Source: Callorhinchus milii
Lineage: Eukaryota
Direction: 5' to 3'
Assembly: GCF_018977255.1 (NCBI RefSeq)
Contig: NW_024704743.1
Span: 115,756,001-115,820,000, forward strand
DNA: 64,000 bases
Shown: in pieces, positions 48,591 to 62,130 of the stretch
How positions within the stretch are numbered: position 1 is the first letter of the stretch
Layout of the letters: every line of letters begins with the position of its first letter
The notes under the pieces: generated by a model
Database searches by the model: none
What the model was told of the DNA's origin: nothing
What the model saw: only the letters and a program-made list of their open reading frames with translations
Made by a program: the position numbers and the translations under genes

Positions 48591-48673
48591 ATCTCTCTCA
48601 GCCTAAGTTGCAGTTACAGGCTCTACACCTCCTGATTATGTTGCTGCCTGATCCCAATAGAGACACTATTAAG
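48591..48673 (+). CDS. ARHGAP28: ARHGAP28 exon (LSQPKLQLQALHLLIMLLPDPNRDTIK)
   Basis: Acceptor gtttcag, donor gtacgt; LP..NRD motif. Confidence 0.95.
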
Positions 48674-49004
48674 GTACGTGGGAAAGTAGATGAATGGGGC
48701 CTCTAGAGGCCTGGAATTCCATCAATTCTTAGCCTCGCCCATTTTCTCTGAAAATTATAGTATCAGTTTTAAATTTTGAAGCCAGTTCTTACAAAGAGCC
48801 AACAACCAAATTAGGCCTGGATGTAATCATTTTCCATATTTCTGCACAATCTTAAATTTTAAATCAAATGATGAGGCTAGGATCGAGCTGGACTATGAGA
48901 GCCTTGGGGCCCTATAGCCTGGGGTCGACAATCCCTGTGGAAAAAAAAGTCACCTGAACTATTAGGGATAAAACAAGAGGTTCTTTGTCTTTCCCCACCC
49001 ACAG

Positions 49005-49202
49005 GCTTTCCTGGAGTTTCTTTGTAAAGTCATAGCAAATGAGGCAAAGAACAGAATGAGCCTGTGGAACGTCTCCATGATCGTTGCTCCAAACCTCTTC
49101 ATGTGCAAAGGGAAAAGCGGGAATCAACAGGAAGCTGAGGCTGCAACCAATGCTGCCAACATTGTGCAACAACTCATCAAATACCAGGACATCTTGTGGA
49201 CG
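49005..49202 (+). CDS. ARHGAP28: ARHGAP28 exon (AFLEFLCKVIANEAKNRMSLWNVSMIVAPNLF...KYQDILWT)
   Basis: Acceptor ccacag, donor gtgagg; N.M...N.....APNLF motif. Confidence 0.95.
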
Positions 49203-50075
49203 GTGAGGGAACCCAGCAAGTTTTTTTTGTCAACAGGAGGTCTGACACACGCAGAAACCATTCACCATGTTTATGGGTATCCAAACCAAACTGCGAATTC
49301 CACATAAAAATGACCACCTATATGTGGAAATTCGTTCTGTGTCTGGAGCGGAATGTGTGTGCTCTCCCTGGAGGGATGAACCCTGCTTATTTAATTCTGG
49401 AGTGTTTCAGGCGCAGGTTGGCAAGAGAATGTGACTTTTTCTCATGACCAAGGCCAGAACCAGGGCTAAAATCAGAGTACAAAAACAGAAGTCGCTGGGA
49501 ACACTCAGCAGGTCAGGCAGCATCTATAGAGAAAGGAAAGTGAGTCAACGTTTTGGGTCCATGATCCTTCATCAGAACTGGAGTAATTTGGGAGGGAGAG
49601 GCTTTAAAGGGCTAATGGAGAAGGGGGATGCAGGGCAAGAAAGACAAAGAAGAAAGTAGGGTAAAGGGCAGGGGATGATGGGTTAAAGAGGTGATAATGA
49701 TGTAGAACAAAGGGGGAGGGGTTGCAACAAAATGGGAATAGAGGTGTTAATACTGCAAAATCAGAGTCATGGGAAGGGACAAGGAGTCAACCTATTCCCT
49801 ATTTCCTCTGGATAAAATTGGTAATTGACTTCATGGTAATTCATTGGGACATTGCTCCGTGCCCACGAATACACAGTCACTACATTTGCCAGTAATTACT
49901 CATGAAGGGTTTGGAGATGTTAAAGGGGCTGTTAAGCGCTCTGAGAGGGTGCTATGTAAGTGCAAGTTGTTGTTGCTTTCAAATAACTATTATAAAGACT
50001 TTTCCTTGACTCATTTTTGATTATTGATTATTTCATTACTTGATTATTTTTTCTTATTTTTCCCACGCCACACAG

Positions 50076-50219
50076 ATCCCGTCCTTCATGATCTCCCAAG
50101 TGCGGAAGATGAACGAGAGCGAGAACAGTGGCAACCGCAAGCATCTGGGCTTAGATAAAAGTATGAAAAAGATACTGCGAATGATTAACATGGAGTGGGA
50201 GAGACCAGAACGGGCAGAG
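50076..50219 (+). CDS. ARHGAP28: ARHGAP28 exon (IPSFMISQVRKMNE...PERAE)
   Basis: Acceptor cacacag, donor gtaggt, 144 nt, phase 0 to 0. Confidence 0.93.
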
Positions 50220-50839
50220 GTAGGTCAGAGGCCTGAAACTCTACCTGCTCTCAGCCTGTAAGACCATCTGAAGTTTAAGATAATAATAAAAATAATAATA
50301 ATTGGTATTACGCCTTTCACGTCAGGAGGACATCCCAAAGCGCTTCACAGGATATACTGTTAAGTGGAGTGACTGTATGGATGAAAAGATAGCACAGAAT
50401 TGTAGAACAAAATTGAAATTCACTCTTAATTTGGAATCCGGTTCTTTTTAAGAACTAGGGAAGAACCAGCTTCCAACTGAAGACTCCCCTGAGAAATGCA
50501 CCCCGCTCACCTAAACCCAGAAAGTATTAGGAGCAGGTTGGAAAGAACCAAGGCTTGGATACCCCAGAGTGTCGGTTTGGTCAATCTTCCGGCTGCTTGT
50601 ACAGTCATAGAACGATACAGGATTTGCAGCACAGAAGAAGGCCATTCATTTCATCCTGGCTCTGTAGTTTACACCATTTGATGCGTATCTAGACCACACT
50701 ATCCATCAAGGCGTTGTCTTGCAGTGTGAACAGCAGTCAAAAGTCACCATTTACACACAATTTAACTTAATTAGGAAGTCACATCATCCAGAAAGCATGC
50801 CAAGTGTTTTTTAAAACAATACTTTCTCGCTCTCTGCAG

Positions 50840-50964
50840 TTGGACATACCAGAGGGAGTTATTCGTGTCTATTCCACTCAGTTATCGAAGGTCTCCATGG
50901 CAATCCAACTGGACACCGAAACAAAGGCCAGTGACATCCTGTCTCGGTTTCAATACGAAAACAG
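50840..50964 (+). CDS. ARHGAP28: ARHGAP28 exon (LDIPEGVIRVYSTQLSKVSMAIQLDTETKASDILSRFQYEN)
   Basis: Acceptor tctctgcag, donor gtgagt; LSKVSMAIQL motif. Confidence 0.95.
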
Positions 50965-51399
50965 GTGAGTTAGTGAAAAATCAATATTATTGTGAAAGTG
51001 ACCTTGGAAATTGCAAATAGCCGTGGTGGCAGGGGGAGGGGAGGAAGAGGGAGAGAGATTGTTTCCTGTTACACCAACAAGCATTGCACAGCGATGGAGA
51101 GCGAAAGGAAAGAATCAAAGCGTGTTTTTCGCACAGGAGGAGGCCATTCGCCATGGCTTCTGAGCTAATTCCAGCTCAACCACACCAGTATCTCCCCCAA
51201 CCCCTCAACTCAGTGCATCTGTTCTGGCTCCTTCTGACATTGATTAAGAGTTTACACAAGAGATCTTTTTGCAGCACTGGTGATAAGTTTTACCTACTAA
51301 ACAACGTCAATGAGTACAACGTGCTTTAGAACCGTGGAATTGGACAACCCCAGAAGGAAGCCATTCGGCTGCTCATGCCTGTGTTGGCTCTCTGTCTTG

Positions 51400-51690
51400 T
51401 CTTGCCTGCTCCACGTCCCCCGACCCAGCCGCTCCACCATTGGCGGGAGAGCCTTCAGCCACTCTGCCCCCAACCTCTGGAACTCCATCCCCCAATCAAT
51501 TCCGCCTCACCTCCTCCTTAGCCTCCTTCAAGTCCCGCCTCAAAATCCTCCTCTTCAACCGTGCCATTGGTCACCCTCCTCTCCTCCCTGACCCCAGCTC
51601 GGGTCTGAAATGCTGTACACTGCCCAGCACCTTGGGACGTCCTCCTGATGTGAAAGGTGCTATACAAATGTAATCTTGTTTGTTGTTTAG
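51400..51690 (+). mobile_element. L2 3' end, same subfamily as the 20940 copy
   Basis: High identity to 21365-21660. Confidence 0.88.
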
Positions 51691-51819
51691 CCTCACTCCT
51701 CTGCTCTTCCTCCATTACCAACCAACGGGGAGGGGGAGGGGCGGCGAGCAATGGTGGGTTCTTCAATAATGCGCACTTCTTGGTGAATCCTGAATGAAGC
51801 ATGTTTTTTCCTTCCTCAG

Positions 51820-51884
51820 CACTGGAACTACAGAGCCTCCACATGGACAGATCCATTCACTATTTGAGATCGGTGGAAATATAG
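51820..51884 (+). CDS. ARHGAP28: ARHGAP28 exon (TGTTEPPHGQIHSLFEIGGNI)
   Basis: Acceptor ttcctcag, donor gtagga; EIGGNI motif. Confidence 0.93.
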
Positions 51885-51909
51885 GTAGGAATTTTCACAC
51901 ACACACATC

Positions 51910-52213
51910 TTGTCCTTCGGATACAACATTAAACTGAGGTCCCATCTGCCTGTTCAGGTGGATGTTAACTATCTTGTAGCACTATTTGAAAAGAGAAGGG
52001 AATTTCTCCTGGTCAACAATCCCCCAAATTAAGAAAAAAGCTCACTCACACCATGGCTGTTTATTTATGGGACACTGTTGTGTGCTACTGGCTGCCGCAT
52101 GTCACCCACAAAGTACACAGTCAATCCACTTTAACAGTATGTCCTGTGAAGCGCTTTGAGATATCTCAACAATGTAATAAGGCGCTATATCGAATGCAAG
52201 GATTATTATTATT
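51910..52213 (+). mobile_element. Deu-domain SINE family B, 5' truncated
   Basis: Deu core plus (ATT)n tail. Confidence 0.75.
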
Positions 52214-52322
52214 ATGGCACACACACAAAATCCTCCCCAAAATCTAAGATGCTCTCCTAAGTGTTGCTTTTGGTAAATTTATATATTTTTTGTTATTAAT
52301 TCAGTCATTGGCTCAAATAACT

Positions 52323-52480
52323 AACAACAACAACAAGATTTCATTTATAGAGCGCCTTTCACGTCGGGAGGACGTCCCAAGGCGCTGGACAGTTGGGTCG
52401 GGACCCGAGCAGGGGGGAAATGGTCAGGGTGTGGGGAGGGAAGGGAGGGAGTGAGGAGGGGTTAGAGAGTCGAGAGCTGG
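52323..52480 (-). mobile_element. L2 3' tail, young subfamily
   Basis: Near-identical to the 7330-7475 and 10740 tails. Confidence 0.88.
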
Positions 52481-53098
52481 GGAAGACTCTGGTTCAGTTC
52501 TACCCAGACACTTATGAGTTTTTAAGCTGCTCCAGGACAATGTGATGAGCAGTTGGGAGCATGAATGTAATATTAAACTGACCGAGCTAACATCTGCCTG
52601 GTCAGGTGGACATTGAAGATCCCACGGCAAGTGAGATTCTCCCCGGCTCCTGACCAACAATTGATCATGGCTGTTTGTGGAACGTTGGCTGTGCCCAATT
52701 TGGCTGCCGTGTTCATCTACAAAATACAGAGTCACTACACTTCACAGCAAAAATCTGTGAAGTGCTTTGAGACGTCCTCCCAAAGTAAAAGATACCTATA
52801 TCAAAGATAAGGATTATTATTGTTATTATTCCTGACACCGTGAAGCTTGTTGGGAGGTTCCTGGTCAGAGATCAGTTCCCAAGCAGAGTTGGAGGATTCA
52901 ACCTGAGATGTGTCTGGCCATCTGAAAGAGCTGCTACTTACAAGTTAATTTTCCAGATTTATAGATTACTTTCCCATACATCATCCCCCTAGCCCCCTCG
53001 CCCCCACCCCCCCCCCCCCCCCCCCCCCCCACACACACACATGCATACACAACTGTGTTATAGTTTTGTTAACGTGATAATGTTTGGCTTCCCTGCAG

Positions 53099-53190
53099 GA
53101 GAACGCTGTCTGGACCTTAATACACGCATGCTGGACTTGTACCGGATAAATCCCCACGCAACCTGGGTTATTAAACCCAGGACACCCTGA
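53099..53190 (+). CDS. ARHGAP28: ARHGAP28 terminal coding exon (ERCLDLNTRMLDLYRINPHATWVIKPRTP*)
   Basis: Acceptor ccctgcag; TGA at 53188-53190; conserved C-terminus. Confidence 0.95.
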
Positions 53191-54619
53191 GACTGCTGGC
53201 CTGGTGCTGTGTGTTCTGCGAGTTTCCACGAACTTAGCAAATTCAACCTCACAGAAAGTGACGGAGCCTGGGACAGACTCGTCTGTGTGTCCGAGCCTTT
53301 GTGGGAAGCTGTGAATGAGGTTGACAACAAGTTGATTTTTTAAAAAAAATCTGCAGTTGCTGGATTTTCAGACTGGCCGTTTCTCCAAGAAAGGCAAAGG
53401 AGAGAGAGATTTCCAAAGTTGTATACGTTATCATTTGATGGCGAACAAACTATGTCCTCCATCCTGTGCTTTATTGAAGACTTTGCCTCTCCCACAACAT
53501 TCAAAATGTGCCACATGATGCACTAGGCAGCGAAAAAAGGTTTTGCTTCATCCTGAATCAACCACTTGGAATAAACATAGCCAATGGCTTCTGGAAGTAG
53601 AAAGCTACAGCGCAGAAGGAGTTCATTCCTGACTTTGAGTCATCGAATCCAAGACTCAGTACAGTAGAATACTGGAGATACAGTAGATAGGTGTATGTGC
53701 AGCATTGTCGGAGCAATGGGAGTTTCTCCCAGTATCCTAGCCACTAATCCCCCAATTCAATTGGTCATTCACTTCATGGCTGTTTGTGGGATACTGCTGT
53801 GTGCAAAATGACTGCCACATTTGTCCACAAATACAGTCACTACTCATACCCTGTGAAGCTCTTTTGAGACAGACTCCCTACACTACATCAAATGCAAGGA
53901 TTTGTATTGTTATTATAGTGTGTATTTTAAAAAGCGCTGCCTTTTGAGTGAATCGGGCTCAGTTGAGAACTTGACTCACGAACTGGGATTCTGGTGTTTG
54001 CCCCACCTACTGTTTGCGTATGAGAAAAGCAGGGAATGCATTATTACTGAGTCCGAGAAAATAGACGGGCCAAAGGAATAAACAAGAGTCAAGAGTTTTT
54101 TTTTTAAAAAGATTATTGTATACATTTAAAAAACGTTTCTTTAATGTGTGGGTGCCAAAATTCCTGTCTGATGAAATGGGATTGATGGTGTTACAGGAAG
54201 GGATGAGAGGTTACCTGTGCCCAGCCCACACTCTCATGACTGGTACAGAATTCCCAATGGGCTTGTGACTCAGACTCAGACCCCACCCTGTCTCCCAAAC
54301 CAGGCGTTTGCACAGCGCTCAAATGGAAAGGACGCATCGTGCCACCCTCTTCCAAACAGTTCTTCCTCCTATATCCTGTGGATAAAAGAGGGTGAAAAAA
54401 AGGTGCAGTAATGTGCAACGACAAAATGGAGGAACGCCTGTCCGGGAGTGGGCAGCGTTTTTATTATTGTGAATAGTTTATCTCTGTGTATAATTGTTAA
54501 TGTTTTTGTTACGTTATGATAATGGGAAGTGAGGCAAGCGTTTGCTCCTAGACGTCACTGGCCTTTCCCAGTGCTGCAGGTGCCATCGGTCACTCTGGGA
54601 CGCACTGCATTTAGACCTT

Positions 54620-54815
54620 GTGTGCACGAGTGTCTGTGTGTCTGTATGTGTATTTGTGTATGTGTGTATATGCATGTGTGATTTCATGTATGTGTGAGTA
54701 TGATTGTGTATGTTTGTGTATGTATGTGAGCATGTAAGTGCGTATATGAGTGTTTGAATGTGTGTGTGTGTATGCTTCAATGTGCTGGTGTGAATGCATG
54801 TGCACACATGCATGT
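54620..54815. repeat. Degenerate (GT)n microsatellite in the probable ARHGAP28 3'UTR
   Basis: tgtatgtgtg repeats. Confidence 0.9.
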
Positions 54816-57675
54816 CTGATTCCTCTGGTTATCTCAGATGTGTTTATTGTATTTGTTTGGAAAATTACCAGTTCTGCAATGCTGGGTGAACAACGGTTTA
54901 ATAGAAGTAGGAAAACTAGGTTCTTTCATGATAACTGACCATGTTTCTAAAGATGGGGGGAGAGGAGAGAAGATACAAATGTTTTCTCTTCTTACTTGTA
55001 ATAAGTAACCAACTATGAAATGCCTTTGTTTCTATGTGTGCTGGGGAAAGTCTGTGATCTTTTGCTGCTTGGACAATTTCCACCATTTTCAAGTGACTTC
55101 TACAATCGGTGACAATGATCACATCCCACTGATGGATGTGGATGAATGAATGAGATTTCCAGTGGATTACCTTTGATGCCAGTCAAGGTACCCTTGAACA
55201 GTATAAATAACTGTGTAGCTGTAGTTTCTAATACTTGATGTTTAGTAAAAATTCTCTTCCTTCACAGTGCCCACTGGGCTGCCTGCCAGGAATGCTGTGT
55301 AGACTGTAGAGCTGTTTATGCATGCTGTGTGTTTAGGAGCAAAAGCCACTTTTTTATACATTTATTTGTTGATGCTTTTTTAATGTTGTGTTTTCCTAAG
55401 ATCTGTTTTGGAAAAGCTACCTCTGTTGGACATATTTGGGGATAATGTAACTGATCTCACCATCACAGCTGGGATTTGCTGGAGGAGAGGGTATAAAGGG
55501 CATTGGCCACTACACAATCAAAGTGATTCCTCTAAAGTCTAGACAATTAGTTATAGGGAATTTATGGCTGGCAAGCCAGCAAATTTTGCTGACTGCCAGC
55601 CAGTCTGAAAGATCAATGATATTGGCAGCAGAAACATTTGAGACAGGAGTTTCTCCCACCTGTTTCCTGGCTTACAGTCCCGCAGATATAATTGGGCACT
55701 CACTTCACGGCTGGTTCTGGGACGTTGCTGTGTGCAAATTGACAAATACAAAGTCAGTACACTCTACAGTAATTATGTTGCTAGGAACTGTAGGTGTGCT
55801 ATCAAATGCAACTCTTATTATAAAATGGGCTTTAATATGAGCACGATGTTTGTGAATACTGCATTTTCAACCCTGCGGAGTTACTGCTCGTTCACCACTT
55901 GGGAAGCTCTAGTTGCCACAAGTTCACTCCATGAGCAGATTTCACATGAGAGTTAGAATTACAAAATATTGTAATTCCAGCACTCGCACCCTTCTCAATC
56001 CAGTTTAAAGATAAATTTTGTAAGTTTGTTCCCTCTTATTTAGTGTTTAAAACAATGGTGATTACAATTTTAGTCAATATTTGTTAAACGTTGAATCCTG
56101 ATGGTAACCGACACAAGCCACTCCGATCCACGGAAATACCTCTCCTTCATGTTCCCTATGGGTTGAAGGGACTTGCCACTTAATGGCGGGATTTTCCAAA
56201 CTGCTGCAGTCCCTGTGTTTTTGAGCGCACTGTCATTCTTTCTAATAATTGTGTATAAAAATACAACAGAAATGTGATCTGAAACGAGTGATCTGAAATC
56301 TCCTATAGTCTTAGCTTTAATACTCAGAGGGAGAAATGCTATGATCTTAAATTCTGCCTGTACTTAGAAGTATTCCATTTTCTTAGCGTTTTGGAGTCCA
56401 GAATTTGGCAAATTGTTGAATTCAGTCTTGTTGGACAAACTTAAATCGGTCAAGAAGAACTCATGGAAAACAAATTCAAAATTAGGAATGTTTGGAAGAA
56501 TTTGCTCAATCCTAGATACTCTTAACATGCTAAGAAAATATATAGTAAATCTAGATGTAGGTGGAGTTTTGATTTCCAGTGTCTTACAATTGGAGATCAT
56601 GCCAACTTTGGAAGCCATTTCTTTTCGAGAATTGTGAAAAATTTATGTCTTCCAAATAAAAGCAAAGTATAATTTTTTTTGTACCGACTTCAAAATTTTA
56701 GGTTTAAAGTCTTCAGACCAAGGCCAGCAGAAATTCTGTGCCTAAGGTGCTTGAAGTGGGAAAGATTTCCATTCACTGTCGCAGACATACCTCACCTGGA
56801 TGAGAGCAATCATTGAAGACATTTTTGAAGGCAAAACTTTTCTTGAACTTTGATCCTCTTCCCCAACCAAACCCAAGTCTTCTACACTCAGCCAGTCCAG
56901 CATTATTGAGTGTTTGACAATACAACTGGATCTCTCCTGATCCTGTAAAAAGTAATTCTGGTTCTAGAGCCCAACCAACTTAGGAACAGTATCAATAACT
57001 GGCTTTCAGGACACAAAGGAAAAGATTTTCAATATAGCTGAAAGGTTTAAAAAATGACCACAGTACCATATCTTCTCTTTGTTGCTGCAAATGGGTTGCG
57101 ATTTGTTTGAGAGAGAATGGGGCTTGCGAGTCAAAATTCCTTCCTGACCCCACCTTGGTTAGCAATATGCTTGGGTGGGGGGCTTTTTCAGTTTTTTTCA
57201 TTTTCTTTGTGTTTAGTGACCAATGGTATCTATATTCGCTCTCGTCCTTCAATGCTGTGCAACATGTGGTCTGTTTTTCTGCTTGTTCCTAGTATGTAGC
57301 TCGAGTGAATTTGTGTGTAGGGGAGAGAAGGGGGAGGGGAAAGATAGAAAGTCAATTGTAGAAGGATGATTCTCTACCATAGCAGTGAAGCTCAGAGTAG
57401 AATCTCTTGTCATCCCTACTTGGTCCATTTTACAGCCAAATAAACGGAGCGACCGTCTCCGTGGGTGCATTCACATACATTATATGTGTATAGTTGAGGT
57501 GTCCATGTTGCTTAATTGTGTTCTCAAGCCATGTGTATAGTATCTTAATCGGGCTCTAAGGAGGGCCATTAAACCTCCCTCGAAAACTCCCATTACTACT
57601 GACCACACACAGAAAAGGTTATGGATGTGTACAGATGTATATCATAATTTACTACATATCACGACTGTTAAAACC

Positions 57676-57681
57676 AATAAA
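57676..57681 (+). terminator. Candidate polyadenylation signal AATAAA for ARHGAP28 (implies a ~4.5 kb 3'UTR)
   Basis: AATAAA followed by ATTAAA and a downstream T/GT-rich tract. Earlier AATAAA hexamers also exist, so this site is not unique. Confidence 0.4.
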
Positions 57682-60317
57682 CTTATTAAAAAAAACTTTT
57701 TTTAAGCTGCATTTCTCTGTGCTTGAGCATCAAAACATCTTGAAACCTTACAAAAGCAAACCTAGTGTTTAATGCCTGGCACTGTACAATTTTCTTGACT
57801 GCTTCCCTCGGATTTTCTCTCTGCTTGACCTACACCTCAATTTAATGTAATTTCCTTTCTCTTGGCAGTTGGAACCACCACTTCCTCAACGGTTTTGGCA
57901 GACAGGAGAACTCATCATCTGGCAATTTACAGGAACGTTTATAGGACAAGAAATGGGGGTGGAAGGGGATTGTCTTCTAGCAATCCTGGTACACTATTCG
58001 AAAGAAAGCCTTTCTCCTGGTGCCCTGGATGACAATCCAGATAAGATCATTTAGCTCATGACTATTTGTGGGACCTCACTGTGCGCAAATGCTGGATTTG
58101 TCCACAGTAAACAATCACTACACTTGACAGTAAAGGCTTGTGAGTCGTTTCATTAGTATTGGTGCTATAAAACGTATTTTTCTTATATTCAATCTGATGC
58201 ATCGTTTTGAGGCATCTCGAAGATATGATAAGGCAGTCTGTCAAATACAAGGATTATTCTTATTAACAAAAATTCCTTCATAAGAACACCGATGCAGAAT
58301 TCCTTCTGGGTATTGAAATTGTGTCACTCTGATTTGTGGGAATGCTGCACTGATCCACTTTGGAAGTGTGACATAATTACGATTTTGTTTATTAAGGAAT
58401 CACCACATATTAGATTCCTCCAGTGTCATTAACTCTCCAGCTCACAAGTGAGGAAACAAGTAGAAGGAAATGTCTTTCTAAATCCTGTCGTCAGTCTCAT
58501 GAGTAGAAACATCTGCGATGCGGCTGCATTGATCAGGTGGAGATGACAATCACAACCGCCTAAGATTTCAATGTCGGTTCCAAACATAATGGAACCTATC
58601 ACCAAGAATAACAATCCTTTTGTAACGTCTCCATAATGGGATTTCCCACGAGCAAGCATGTAATGAAATGATCTGCAGCCTCTGTTTGAACACCCACCCC
58701 CCCCCCCACCCCCAGTATTGAGACGGTGTAAGCTTTTATTTAGACAGTGCAGATTTAATGGAGAGATGGTGCTGGACACGCTACAACAGCGTAAAACAGG
58801 AATGTCAGGAGGGAAGAACCAGTGACGTTCTCCCATCTGAAAGATCAGGTTTTGTTCCATCTTATTTGCCTGCAGAGCAGCCAACCGTCAGCATGATTAG
58901 GATCCCAGGCGCCAGGCTGGCACTGGCTGCACTCAAGCTGATCTGATCACCCAAAACAAACAGATGTAAACTACTTTGGTGCTGGAATTTTTAACAAAGT
59001 GTGTTACAAGTGCCTTTGTTATTTAAAAGCTGCAACAAGAGACTGAAAAAAGAGAAACCCTCTCCCTTCCTGTTTCCCTCTTCCCCACACATCTCTGGTA
59101 AATGGATTGCCGGGAAGAATTAATGACAATTGTTGCACTTGGTATTGTACTAATAATGCTGCAAGATATGTTTGCTATGTGCAAATTGGCTGCCACTTCT
59201 GCCAACAAATACACAGTCACAACACTTTACAGTAAAGTCATGTAATGACTGTATTTACTGGACAAATGCAGCAGCCAACGTTGATCCAGTATTCAGTCAC
59301 TTTACCTTCACTATCTGGTACTTCATCATGAAGTTTCTCCACCTCTTCCTCCTTTCTACTTTCAAAACCCACCTTAATACCTATCTGCTCAACTGTGCTT
59401 TCAGCCACCTGTCCTCTCCTCAGCTCTACCCATCTCATCCAGGCTCCCAGCAAGCTCTGCGAAGCTCTTTGAGATGTCCTCCCTACGTGAAAGGTACTGC
59501 ATAAATGTAAACGTCATCGTTGTGTAAAGCTCCAGGCATCTCACTTTTGAGTAGGATGTCAAGACCATGGAAAGTATACAGAGGACATTCACTGTGATGA
59601 TACCAGGGATGGTAGTATATTTATGAGGTGAGACTCTATAAAGTGGATTCACCTTCACTGGAATAGAGAATGGAGGTGCAGCACTGATGTGCACGTGTTG
59701 GATTTTTTTTCATTGTAACTTTACTTATTCTAAACTGCAGCACTCTGCATGTCGAGAGGAAACCAGGGCACTCTACTTACATAGGGCCATTCAATAAAAT
59801 CAACCCGACTGACTTTATTGAGTGAATATAGTATACAATTAATCCTTGCTTGCAGTTGATATGGACCCTTATCAATCCGTAGAGCCTTTCATAGGATTTT
59901 ATTGTGAAGTGACCATGTGATACAATTAATATAGCGCCTTTCACTTCAGGAGGACATCTCAAAGTGCTTCACTGGTTTATGTGAAGTGCCCAAACCTATC
60001 AGGGCATTATGGTGTAAGCTGGTGACGGTACATTGGACGAGATGGAGTTGCATTGGCTTCTCAGTGGATGGACACCTCTTCCCTGTGGTGCAGGGATGCA
60101 AAACAAGGAGGTGGGACAGCGATTTTAAACATCAGAGCTGAACGGGTGAGAATTGATATCAGGAAACAGGAGTGAGATATCAGGAGTGAGGGTTATGAGA
60201 ATGTAAAAAGCGCTACCCCAGAAGGCAGTAGAGAGCCAGAATGACATGGGCAGCTTGAAAGAAAGCAAGATAAACCACATGTTAATGTGTAGAGAAAAGG
60301 CAGGGAAATAGCATTAA

Positions 60318-60696
60318 AATAATAATAATAATCGTTGCATTTGATATAGCACATTATCATGTCTTTGAGATGCCTCGAAGTGCTTCACAGAATATACTGA
60401 AAGTGAATTGACTGTATATTTTACGGGTGAAACACGGCAGCCAATTGCTCACAGCCGTGTCCCACAAACAGTTGTGGATTGAGTGACCAAATTATTATTT
60501 TTATGGAAGGGATTATTACCCCTGCAAAAGCAATCCACCAATTGACTAACAACTTAGCAATAAATTGCTACTTATTGCTAGATAAACAGAGGCATGTGGA
60601 GTAAGGAAACTTGCCCAATGTTTCGCCCTGACAGGAATCAAACCCTGGTCCTCTCACTTGCGAGGCGAGTGCTCTAACCACTAAGCTACAGGACTC
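60318..60696 (-). mobile_element. SINE family A, long form
   Basis: Full head, body and tail. Confidence 0.9.
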
Positions 60697-60827
60697 TACC
60701 TTGATTTAATGAACTGGTGGAGTGGGCCAGAATGGCCTCCTCCTGTACCTACTTGGGGTTGCCACAAAAGGTTAATTACACAAGACAGAAAAGATCGCAC
60801 AGGGACACAATCCAATCACGTTTACAT

Positions 60828-60833
60828 TTTAAT
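60828..60833 (-). terminator. Candidate LAMA1 poly(A) signal ATTAAA
   Basis: About 380 nt after the stop, followed on the minus strand by a GT/T-rich element. Confidence 0.5.
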
Positions 60834-61215
60834 TGCAAAGATGTTAAAAGTCATGAACAAAAGATTTAACACTTCGGTAAATATTGTTGGGAGGGGGGAA
60901 AAATATACATATATACTGAAACATTGATTGTAAACATGGAATGGGGGAAGGGGAGAACCATAAGAGTCATTGTGATATTGTTTCGCTGTTGGAAGCAGAG
61001 GTACCTGTTGTGTACAGTACATAACCCTTTACAGGTTTACTGAAGTGTATGTGAACATGGTATTGGCTTGAAACGCACATTGATCCTGAGTTGGGGTGGG
61101 GGTTTGCAATTAATATTGTGGATGGGGGCAATTGTCGACTCCAGTTTCTTTGTTAGCAATCTCCGGGTGATGGGAAGGGGCGGGGTGGGGAGGTGGGGAG
61201 TTTGTCCCCTCGAGA

Positions 61216-61376
61216 TTAGTGCTCAGCTCCAGGACAGGAGTGAGGGAAGACTCCCCTGAGGTCGAACGCTCTGCTGAGGTCAAAGGCTTCGGTCTGCTGA
61301 TTTCTCGTCAGCTTGAGGTTTCTCACGCAGCCTTGGAATGGTGTCTGAAGGGTTAGGCAATTCTGCTTCACGTTAG
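61216..61376 (-). CDS. LAMA1: Laminin alpha-1 last coding exon (NVKQNCL...FQGCVRNL...SRAFDLRGVFPHSCPGAEH*)
   Basis: Acceptor ttttgcag; the C-terminus SRAF.L.GVF.HSCPG is LAMA1-type rather than LAMA2-type (VSCPA). Confidence 0.93.
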
Positions 61377-61479
61377 CTGCAAAACACAAATAACCATTAA
61401 TATGTGCTTTTAGCTGGGTTAAAACCTCTAACAAAATACCTAGAGTAAATTTAAAAACTTTTAATCATTGGAGAATTTA

Positions 61480-61970
61480 TATAGATTTGCAGCACGGAAC
61501 CAAGCCACTCAGCCCAACGAGTCTGTGTCAGTGATTATACTGCACATGAATCTCACCCACCTTAATCCCTCCCACACCCTTGTATTCCCCTCTCCCTCAG
61601 GTGAAGGTCTAGCTTCCTCTTGAATGCTTCTATATTATTTGATTCAATCTCTGCATGAGGCATTTCCTCCCAAACTCTCTTTTTAATCCTCTGTTTGCCA
61701 TTTATATTTGTGTCCCCTGGTTATGGACGAGTGGAAACACCCTATTAATGTTGACCTTGTCAAACACTTCTCTAATTTTAAACAACTCTATTAGGCAAAC
61801 ATAAACATCTTAGATGTCTTCTCTAGCAAAAAAAGGCTAACATATCCAGTCTAATTTGATAGCAGTCACATTCCAGCACTGGTATCATCCTCATAAACTG
61901 ATACTATACTCTTCCCATTCCCACTATATCCTACATGTCTTTGGACACATTACTCCAAATGTGCAATTAA
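61480..61970 (-). mobile_element. CR1-clade LINE remnant in the last LAMA1 intron
   Basis: Degenerate CR1 3' end. Confidence 0.6.
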
Positions 61971-62130
61971 ATATTCAAATAAATATAAAATAATCTTTAA
62001 GCAGACTTTGATTCAACTTATTTTCTTCGACCGCGCTTTCGGTCATCTTTCTTGCCCCACAACCCCAGCCATCCATCACCCACCCATCTTAGACAACCCC
62101 TATCCCCACCCCTCCATGAGCAGGACATAC

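Larger units (their letters stand above)
27694..53190 (+). other. ARHGAP28: RhoGAP gene span (ARHGAP28; ARHGAP18/28/40 family), 14 supported coding exons, 5' exon not securely located
   Basis: Exons with GT-AG boundaries join in consistent phase (1867 nt in total). The peptide matches recalled ARHGAP28 motifs (SMEDFW, EGELEAEWLQ.VGLSTL, RDVRDIFGV, KNRMSLWN, D.PEGVIRV, EIGGNIGE, RINP.A.WVIKP). The gene lies tail-to-tail with LAMA1, as human ARHGAP28 does. Confidence 0.88.

Noticed and set aside
58429..58884. 151-aa minus-strand ORF between the two genes
   Set aside because: No recognisable domain or splice structure; it spans a poly-C run
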